A DNA stretch of 64,000 nt from IMG/VR virus record IMGVR_UViG_3300031857_000027. One strand, 5' to 3'. Positions within the stretch are counted from its first letter, which is position 1. The number at the start of each line of letters is the position of its first letter. Under the pieces are notes generated by a model. That model was not told where the DNA came from. It saw nothing but the letters and a program-made list of their open reading frames with translations, and did no database searches. Source of the DNA: a virus. This document shows positions 56,856 through 64,000 of the stretch, in pieces. The translations under genes were made by a program, and so were the position numbers.

Positions 56856-57350
56856 TTAGCAGTTCCACTTTCTCAATGCTTTATTAATACGTGAATCTGG
56901 ATCACGTGCTGTCTTTGCTGATGTTAGTCTACGCTTCATCCCACCCATTCTGGCGCAAAATGACTTACGACGATTTGCTGCCTTAGAACCTGCTTTTAGT
57001 TTACTTGGTTTCGTTGTCACAGCAGTTTGTAATTTTGAACCAGGATTTTCACGACGATATGACTCAACACCTTTTTGATTCAAACCACCTTCTGGATTTT
57101 TACCTTCTTTACGCTGCCATGCTGCAACTTCTTCTAATTGTTCTTCTGTAAGTGGACCATCATCGGCTTCATAATCTTCTTTTTTTAACTTCATCATCTT
57201 CGGCTTTGTGAATACAGGATTATCTGCACCACCAGCACCACCTTCTCTCTCTTCTCTTACGCATGAGCCTTTTGCATATGCTTTTTTACCCGGCGCTGGT
57301 TTATATCCAGGCCAACATCTTTCATCCATCAGTTGTTTGAATGATTTCAT
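56856..57350 (-). CDS. Conserved internal virion protein
   Basis: MKSFKQ..E, CWPGY, AAWQRKEGKN..GGLN, RRKSFCARM. Confidence 0.7.
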   Translation of the reverse strand: MKSFKQLMDERCWPGYKPAPGKKAYAKGSCVREEREGGAGGADNPVFTKPKMMKLKKEDYEADDGPLTEEQLEEVAAWQRKEGKNPEGGLNQKGVESYRRENPGSKLQTAVTTKPSKLKAGSKAANRRKSFCARMGGMKRRLTSAKTARDPDSRINKALRKWNC

Positions 57351-60049
57351 ACGTAGTTTCTCTTTTTAAATGTTATAAGTGAGATACCTTTTTTCTTCAA
57401 TTCATCTTCTTTTTGATCACCAATTGATGCTGTCGTTTCATCACCAGTAAGTTCACTAATATTCTTAGGCACAACTTGTGTTGCTTTACCCTTTTTACTC
57501 AACTTCTCACCCATGTCTCTAGCAGGAGATTCACCAGCACCTGCCATTGAAATACCAGGTTCAATGCCTCTGTCAATCTCAGAAATTATTTCTCTTTCTT
57601 CGGCTTTCTTCTGGAAGTTTTCTTTGATGGTGGCAAGGCTGATGGTTCTTCTTCCTTCGGCAACGGGTTTGTCAAGGGCTGGTCGTTCTTTTCTTCCAGT
57701 ACCGGTTCTAACCTTACCGAGTTGTTGGGCTGACGGGGTGGAACTATTCTGTCCATAAAGTGCTTCAATCGCAGAATGATCAGGTGAATGTATTTCATGC
57801 AAGTCCTCTTTTAATTTAACAACGTATCTGTTACCAACTTTTGCTACTGTGCCATTTTTTTGGTGTGCTTCTTTTGCTGCTGAACCACGAATGTAAAACA
57901 ATCTTGTCTTACCGTTCTTGTCTGTCAATAACTTCTGTTTCTTTTGCGTTTCTTCAAACTGTTTACCAATTAACTTTGTGCCAGAAACATGTTGAATCAT
58001 TTTCCATGCTTCTTTGTGATTCTTGTTCGCAAGATGTTCTTTGAATTTTTTCTTCTGTTCTGGTGTAGCCTTCTGATGAAACTTCATGACTTCCATCATG
58101 CCAATGTTACCTTCATATGCCGCTTCACTGATCTTACCTTTGCCATAGTTTGAAACATTGATTGGCTCACCCTTGCGTTCTGGATTAGGATCATGGCGGC
58201 GTTTTGAAGCCACGGCAGCAGCACGTTCTTTCTTAGATAGTGATGCTCTCTTTTCGTTTGACATACATTTTGGTTTTGCTTCACCTGGTTCTCTGGCGCA
58301 AGGACCAATTGCTTCACCTTTGCTATTGATGCGCTTCCAGCCACCTTCTGGATCAGTTTTACTAAACCACTTACGTAAATCTTCTTTAATCATACCTCTA
58401 CCTAATGTCAGTAGATTGTAAGCACCAGCATCAGACATTGTGTTTACTTCTTCTTCCTCTGTCATCTCTTCTTCATCTGACTTGAGCAAACGAAGTGTGC
58501 GTGTGACTTCTTCTACTGTATCACCTGTAACTGATACTGTGACTGCTTCATTCATCTTGGCCATTTTGTTTTGATGTGTCTCAACAGTCTTTGCAATTTT
58601 CTCTACCGGCACTAAACTACCATGCACTGAACGATGTGTAACTTTGCCGTCTTTACCATAACGGCCAAAGCCATAATACTCTAGACCCATCTTGGACATA
58701 TCTTCATGTGTGCCAGCATCGGCATGTGGTTTCATATCAGTACGAATCGGTGCAGTATCTTTCTTACCCAACTCTGTAGCAATCCAACCTTTTGCCAAAT
58801 CATTCTTCGGTGGCTTGCCGACGAACTTTTGCATGTTTTTAAAAATGCCATCAAGTTCTTTTGTCTTTGCTTCTACAACTTCCGGTGCTGCTGTACGCAA
58901 ATCTTCTGAATTATCAAACTCAACATAGTTGTCACGAAATAGTTTACCAAACATTGGTCGTGCTGCTTGTACAGATTCCCATTTCTCTTTACGAATGTCT
59001 TCTGGCACTGTACGACCACCACGTTGACCACGTTCAATGTTTCTTTCTTTTGATACTTCGTCTGCTGTATTGACCATGACCATGGATGTTTCATAGCCTA
59101 ACTTCTCAAGCATCTCTTTGATCTTGGCATACTTTTCTGGATCATCACCAGTACCATTGATGATCAATCCATTACGACCATGAAGTGCTAAACGTTGACG
59201 CAATTCTGTAACGTTCTTTGCTCTTTTACGAACAGCATTACGTTGTGATTCTTCATTCTCTGGCATCTTCTTATCAAGGTTTTCTTTGTCCATCAGATAC
59301 TCAAGTGCTTTATCAGAATTGATTTCTGTTAGACCATGACCATCTAGTGTCTTGCTTAACACATAGTCTTTGCCTGAACCAGGACCACCACCTAGAAATA
59401 CTGCTTTGAAAATACCTTTGTCGTGTACACCCTCACGAATGATTTCTTCGTGAAGTCTCATACCTTTACGTACATCATTGAACATTTGCTTGACATGAGC
59501 ATGAGACATTGATGATGGTGCGCCTTTCTTGAATGAATCAAGATCGCCACTCTTTGCGTGTTCACGCATTTTAGAAGCAGAAATGCCAGTTACACCTTCA
59601 GCATCAGGATCACGTTCACCTGCTGAGTGTACTTTGATTTCTTTGAAGTTGAAACGGGCACCTTCATGTGTGCCATTGTACTTGTGTAGCAGTCTGTGAT
59701 ATTCTTCTGTGCGGTCAGAACCACCAACCATGTGAAGATGTGTTACACCCTTCTTGTGTAATGCTTCGGCATGGTCAAAGAATGTTGGTTTTTCTTTAGA
59801 TGCTGCTGTGAAATTCGTGCCAGAAAATGCTCTCTTGGCATGTTTGACTTTTTGATCTGCTGTAAGGGGATTCTTCTTGGCGTCCTGTGAATGTGACAGA
59901 ACGATATGATGTGAGCCGCCAACTTTATCGGCGATCTCTTTGACTTTATTGACTAGTTTTTCGTGACCGTTTGTAATCGGATTCATGCGACCAAATGCTA
60001 GGACGGCATGTTTCTCTTTCTGTTCACGTAGAAAATCTCTAAATTTCAT
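57347..60049 (-). CDS. Multidomain protein: cytidyltransferase-like plus zeta-toxin-like P-loop kinase plus further modules
   Basis: FGRMNPITNGH, GSDR, SAGERD..SASKMR; FLGGGPGSGK, INSD, RN.ER..R.VP. Confidence 0.75.
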   Translation of the reverse strand: MKFRDFLREQKEKHAVLAFGRMNPITNGHEKLVNKVKEIADKVGGSHHIVLSHSQDAKKNPLTADQKVKHAKRAFSGTNFTAASKEKPTFFDHAEALHKKGVTHLHMVGGSDRTEEYHRLLHKYNGTHEGARFNFKEIKVHSAGERDPDAEGVTGISASKMREHAKSGDLDSFKKGAPSSMSHAHVKQMFNDVRKGMRLHEEIIREGVHDKGIFKAVFLGGGPGSGKDYVLSKTLDGHGLTEINSDKALEYLMDKENLDKKMPENEESQRNAVRKRAKNVTELRQRLALHGRNGLIINGTGDDPEKYAKIKEMLEKLGYETSMVMVNTADEVSKERNIERGQRGGRTVPEDIRKEKWESVQAARPMFGKLFRDNYVEFDNSEDLRTAAPEVVEAKTKELDGIFKNMQKFVGKPPKNDLAKGWIATELGKKDTAPIRTDMKPHADAGTHEDMSKMGLEYYGFGRYGKDGKVTHRSVHGSLVPVEKIAKTVETHQNKMAKMNEAVTVSVTGDTVEEVTRTLRLLKSDEEEMTEEEEVNTMSDAGAYNLLTLGRGMIKEDLRKWFSKTDPEGGWKRINSKGEAIGPCAREPGEAKPKCMSNEKRASLSKKERAAAVASKRRHDPNPERKGEPINVSNYGKGKISEAAYEGNIGMMEVMKFHQKATPEQKKKFKEHLANKNHKEAWKMIQHVSGTKLIGKQFEETQKKQKLLTDKNGKTRLFYIRGSAAKEAHQKNGTVAKVGNRYVVKLKEDLHEIHSPDHSAIEALYGQNSSTPSAQQLGKVRTGTGRKERPALDKPVAEGRRTISLATIKENFQKKAEEREIISEIDRGIEPGISMAGAGESPARDMGEKLSKKGKATQVVPKNISELTGDETTASIGDQKEDELKKKGISLITFKKRNYV

Positions 60050-60091
60050 AATCCCTCTACCTCTGCGGCAGTTGTTTCTGTTATTTAGTAT

Positions 60092-60799
60092 TTAGTAAAC
60101 TTCTAGCGTGTTTGTGGTGGCCACGGTCCCTTGACAATGAATTTGATCCAATTCAACTAGAATTTCTTTGTTTAGCACAAGAAAGTGAGCATGTTCCGTG
60201 TCAATTCTAGTCTGATTTGTTACCGTAATGATTTGTCGTAAAGATTCTAGATAATTGTCTATCAAAGACGGACAGAAAGAATACATTCTGGTAATAAGAA
60301 GATTTGTTGCAAACTCCTTACGACTGTCGGTTAACCATGTTGGTATTCTTTTCTTGAACACATATTTACCAAAGTGATCATGTTCGTGAATATCAAAAGA
60401 ATTCAACAAATCTGTTCTACCTGACAATTTAAAGACTCTATTTACAGACAACATAATCTTGGCCAGATGTGGTTCTTGTTTTAGAAGCAGAAGAGTTTTC
60501 ATCAATAAAGTGCTTTCAGCCTCACTTTTGCGATGATTAACTGCAAATGTACTAATCATTTCATCACTGGAAAAGTCGGCTACAAAATCAACACAGTCTG
60601 AAATGATTTTGATTTTTTCTTCTTCAACTTTGTGTGGTGAACCATCAACGAATAAAACAATAGCGTCAGGTACTTTTTCTCTTAATAATTGTAATCCGTC
60701 TATAGTTTGTTCTAATCGTTCTTCACGTTTAATTTCACCCATGTCTGTGTTGAGTGCTGAAGTTACAATAAAAAGTTTGCGATCAGGTATCAGTGCCAT
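60092..60799 (-). CDS. Glycosyltransferase-like hypothetical protein
   Basis: IVTSA, RL.QT, VDGS, FKLSGR. Confidence 0.5.
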   Translation of the reverse strand: MALIPDRKLFIVTSALNTDMGEIKREERLEQTIDGLQLLREKVPDAIVLFVDGSPHKVEEEKIKIISDCVDFVADFSSDEMISTFAVNHRKSEAESTLLMKTLLLLKQEPHLAKIMLSVNRVFKLSGRTDLLNSFDIHEHDHFGKYVFKKRIPTWLTDSRKEFATNLLITRMYSFCPSLIDNYLESLRQIITVTNQTRIDTEHAHFLVLNKEILVELDQIHCQGTVATTNTLEVY

Positions 60800-61464
60800 T
60801 CAAACTCCGAAAATAATTTAATTGTTTTGTATGTTGCTTTAGAATTCAATACATGAACTATTGTGTTAGTAATTTCCTTTGTATCTAACATTTTATCTTT
60901 AGAAGTATGTTTATCTTGCATTGGTGTTTTGATACCACCAGGATGAATACTTGTCACACGAATCTCATTCATTTGTGTATGCAGTTCAGAGCCCAACGCA
61001 CCAGCAAATGCAGTAATAGCATGTTTAGATGCCGAGTAAACTGCTTCCCATTCCATCTCTTTAAGACCTGCTACAGAGTTAATGAAGATAATATTACTAC
61101 CTTTGTTCATTAACTTGAGTGCTTGCAGTGTCACATACATTGTGCCTTTAACGTTCAAATCAATAATTTGATCTATCTTTTCAACTGTAAAATAACTTTT
61201 GAAACGCCCCCACTCATATATACCCGCATTGTTTACAAGCACATCAATGTATGTGCCAATTCTTTCAAATGCGGCTTTAACTTGATCTGACTTTGAGATA
61301 TCACATTCTATCCACTGAAATGTATCCGGTGCAGAAAATAGTTTTACTGGTGGTTTTGTGCGTGAAAGACCATACACGAAATAACCTTCATCAATCAGCC
61401 TATCTGCAATATCATGGCCAAGGCCATAACTACATCCTGTAACCACGGCAACTTTACGCATCAC
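60790..61464 (-). CDS. Short-chain dehydrogenase/reductase
   Basis: TGCSYGLG, NNAG, YSASK, PGG..T. Confidence 0.9.
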   Translation of the reverse strand: MMRKVAVVTGCSYGLGHDIADRLIDEGYFVYGLSRTKPPVKLFSAPDTFQWIECDISKSDQVKAAFERIGTYIDVLVNNAGIYEWGRFKSYFTVEKIDQIIDLNVKGTMYVTLQALKLMNKGSNIIFINSVAGLKEMEWEAVYSASKHAITAFAGALGSELHTQMNEIRVTSIHPGGIKTPMQDKHTSKDKMLDTKEITNTIVHVLNSKATYKTIKLFSEFEWH

Positions 61465-62597
61465 ATCTCCTCAAAAACATCAATCGCAAGTTTCATTTCA
61501 TCTTCAGTAACATCATTCACAATCTTATAGTTACCAATTGCAATAGGCAGTGGTGCATATTGATTGCCGTTACGGTGTTTAGTTGCATCACGTAGACTCT
61601 CCAACAAATACTTCATATTGGTAAAGTCTTTATGAAATGTTTTCAGTTTCAATCTTTTTGCAACACCAAAGATTCGTTTCAATTGAACTGTGTCAATGTA
61701 GCCACGAATGAATGAGATACACGAACTATACAAACAATCTAATGCTACTGCTTCACCATGCAACAACTCTGGTATATTAGACATCTCAATTACAGGACTG
61801 AATGTGTGACCAAAATCTACGCAACGGTCTAATCGTTTTTCCCATAGATTCGGTCCAAGTTCTGCAATCATGTCTGTGATAGCAAGATTGATTACACGAA
61901 CTGGCACCGCACCATATTGAAACTTTTCATCAATCAGTATCTCTGCATTCTCTTCTAGCAGATGAAAAAGTTCTGGTGATTTGATAACTGCAAGTTTGAA
62001 TATTTCTGCAATGCCATTTACAATCTCACGTTCACTTTGCGTCTTGATAAACTTTTTATCAATGTATGTTGCAAGTGGTGGATAGTACGCACCGATACGA
62101 TTGCGTCTGCCTAGATGATTGACTCCAACTTTAGAGCCTACAGAAGCGTCAACGATGGCAAGAAGTGTTGTGGGAATTTTAACGTAGGGAATTCCACGAC
62201 GGTATATGCTACAAGCAAAGCCAACAATGTCCAGCAGAACACCTCCGCCAATTGCGATAATAGGTTCACGGCGTAACACTCCATATTGTTCAAAAAAGTC
62301 CAAAATACGATCAACATTTTTCCAATTCTTATTTTCTTCTTTGCAGTCTACGCAAAGTATTTTACAACTCAACTTGACTGCACCAAAATATGCTGCGATA
62401 CTATCTTTGTATAAATCATGTACTTCAGAATCAATCACGATAATTCTACGCTCACTATTCGTGATGTTTACAATATCTTGATTGCTTGGGCTAAAGATGT
62501 CAGCAGAGTATGTAAGTTTGAATTCTACTGGTAGTTCTGTTTTAACTGACCAAGTTCGTTTGAACTTGTCATAATCCATCATAAAGTCTAAACTCAT
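61461..62597 (-). CDS. Sedoheptulose 7-phosphate cyclase (EEVS-type, DHQS superfamily)
   Basis: GGGVLLD, PTTLLA.VDAS, MIAELGPNLWE, DFGH, LLHGEAV, RNG. Confidence 0.8.
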   Translation of the reverse strand: MSLDFMMDYDKFKRTWSVKTELPVEFKLTYSADIFSPSNQDIVNITNSERRIIVIDSEVHDLYKDSIAAYFGAVKLSCKILCVDCKEENKNWKNVDRILDFFEQYGVLRREPIIAIGGGVLLDIVGFACSIYRRGIPYVKIPTTLLAIVDASVGSKVGVNHLGRRNRIGAYYPPLATYIDKKFIKTQSEREIVNGIAEIFKLAVIKSPELFHLLEENAEILIDEKFQYGAVPVRVINLAITDMIAELGPNLWEKRLDRCVDFGHTFSPVIEMSNIPELLHGEAVALDCLYSSCISFIRGYIDTVQLKRIFGVAKRLKLKTFHKDFTNMKYLLESLRDATKHRNGNQYAPLPIAIGNYKIVNDVTEDEMKLAIDVFEEM

Positions 62598-63547
62598 TTC
62601 ATCGCCTTACTAAACAATTTACATGCATGAACATAAAAATACTTGGCTTTGTTGATATCACCCGCAATCAACTTAAATGGTAGCATACGAATGAACTGTG
62701 ATGCTTCTAGTATATCTATGAGTTTCATTTTATCTTCTGGCAACTCAGAGATAAAGTGTTTGTTGAACGTGTCAAAGTGTTCTGTGCCGCCATGAGGATT
62801 GAACAGATCAATTCCTATAACACGAACATCACGGTCGTTGATGAAACCATAGTGACTACGTGAACACTGAAGCACTTGTGCATAATCAAGATACTTGGTG
62901 TTCCACATACTTTCATCATATGTATCAATAAAAACTACACGATCTTCTTCAAATGAATACATGATGTTTTCAAGTGTGGGATTACCATGAATATTACACT
63001 CATCATCGTTTTCCAATTCTGCAAAGTATTCTTGCAAAACTTGAAGATAACCACCAATACCTACAATAAGGTCTCCGTTGAAACCATATGTGCCACGATA
63101 AAAGAAGTCTTTGAATGATGGCAGACTTATTGCATCAGCAATCTTCTGATCAATCTCTTCATCAAAATAAAGTCTTGGCGCACCAGGAATAGGTTCTTTT
63201 TTAATTGAATGAAGAGTATTCAAACCTTTCCAAACCGCTTGGCTCATTCTGAAGATTTGATCTTCACTCAATATGTCTTTGCTGAGAATGCTTTTGATGT
63301 CACGAAAACCTTCAAGGTATTCTAAATCAAACCATGCAGTTGTTTTGTTTGAATCTACATTCACAACTTTAGGAAACAAGCCAGGATATAGTGTATTGTA
63401 TTCTTGTAATTTCTTTAACTGAGAATACCAACGCATAAAACCATATTCACGATTTTCTATGCGTGAAATTTCTTTACGAACGATCTTCTCATCTGGTAGC
63501 CAGTAAGTTCTACTGAGTGAGCCACCTTTCAATGATATAGTTTTCAT
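62594..63547 (-). CDS. APH/choline-kinase-like phosphotransferase
   Basis: LKGGSLS, VRK, IHGNPTLENI, FID, DYAQ. Confidence 0.7.
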   Translation of the reverse strand: MKTISLKGGSLSRTYWLPDEKIVRKEISRIENREYGFMRWYSQLKKLQEYNTLYPGLFPKVVNVDSNKTTAWFDLEYLEGFRDIKSILSKDILSEDQIFRMSQAVWKGLNTLHSIKKEPIPGAPRLYFDEEIDQKIADAISLPSFKDFFYRGTYGFNGDLIVGIGGYLQVLQEYFAELENDDECNIHGNPTLENIMYSFEEDRVVFIDTYDESMWNTKYLDYAQVLQCSRSHYGFINDRDVRVIGIDLFNPHGGTEHFDTFNKHFISELPEDKMKLIDILEASQFIRMLPFKLIAGDINKAKYFYVHACKLFSKAMK

Positions 63548-63999
63548 TTTGCACCTAATGTTTGCCTTGCTATCTCAATTCCGTATTCTTGAGGACTGCC
63601 TAAAACAATCGTTTCTTGGTTACTACCAAGAGGATTCATGAATACTTGTTTATTAGATTGTATCATACTTTGTATCACATCTGCAATATATAATTCACCA
63701 TCTTTTTCGGCTAACTTGTTATAATATTCTAGATAAAGATGACCCGTCAGGAAACCATAGAAGCCTGATGATGCATACGGTGAGATTTGTTTCTTTTCTA
63801 CAATTTCAATTACCGTATTTTCAAATGCACGAACATAAGAATACTTTGGTGAGTTGCCCACAAAAACATCAATATATGCATCATGCTTTGCGGTTAAGTC
63901 ATCAGCAATAAAATCTATACGACGACCTTTAATAATTGTATCTGCATTGTGTACGAACGTTGGTAAATATTTGTTGTTCAGTTGTTCAATACCAATTGC
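63544..63999 (-). CDS. Sugar-phosphate nucleotidyltransferase (5' truncated)
   Basis: Frame is open to the window end: HNADT, YSYV, IVEK..IS..ASSG.Y, ELYIA, LGSPQE. Confidence 0.75.
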   Translation of the reverse strand, partial: AIGIEQLNNKYLPTFVHNADTIIKGRRIDFIADDLTAKHDAYIDVFVGNSPKYSYVRAFENTVIEIVEKKQISPYASSGFYGFLTGHLYLEYYNKLAEKDGELYIADVIQSMIQSNKQVFMNPLGSNQETIVLGSPQEYGIEIARQTLGAK

Positions 64000-64000
64000 T

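Noticed and set aside
61461-62597. aroB (3-dehydroquinate synthase)
   Set aside because: ELxPNLWE and DFGH match sedoheptulose-7-P cyclases rather than AroB (R..LNLGH), and there are no shikimate-pathway neighbours.

Overview
This window is 64 kb of a large T4-like myophage genome, with almost all genes on the minus strand. It most plausibly infects a freshwater or environmental Betaproteobacterium: the PqqA, rubrerythrin, PstS and OprP sequences look betaproteobacterial (inference). It carries T4-like core genes (RNase H, primase gp61, nrdA/nrdB, thioredoxin, thyX, a DenV-like glycosylase) and a lysis module (GH19 endolysin, spanins). It also has 26 tRNA genes, 22 of them in one cluster covering all 20 amino acids, plus the acceptor piece of a probably permuted tmRNA. 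An early region of small ORFs is driven by about 15 near-consensus sigma70 promoters. Host-like metabolic genes include pstS-oprP, rubrerythrin, an unannotated pqqA, gmhA, galE, rmlC, clpP, a PBP7-like peptidase and a flavin halogenase. The most striking observations are: (1) a 31-codon leader ORF containing all 20 amino acids, overlapping an antiterminator/terminator directly upstream of the tRNA array, which looks like a pan-tRNA-sensing attenuator; (2) hairpin-closed RNA cassettes placed flush between tRNA genes; (3) capsid-internal polyproteins with repeated prohead-protease-like sites, carrying HicA RNase and zeta-like kinase domains; (4) an EEVS-type C7-cyclitol cyclase cluster; (5) a phage PQQ precursor peptide. 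All calls were made by eye from motifs; no database searches or folding programs were run.
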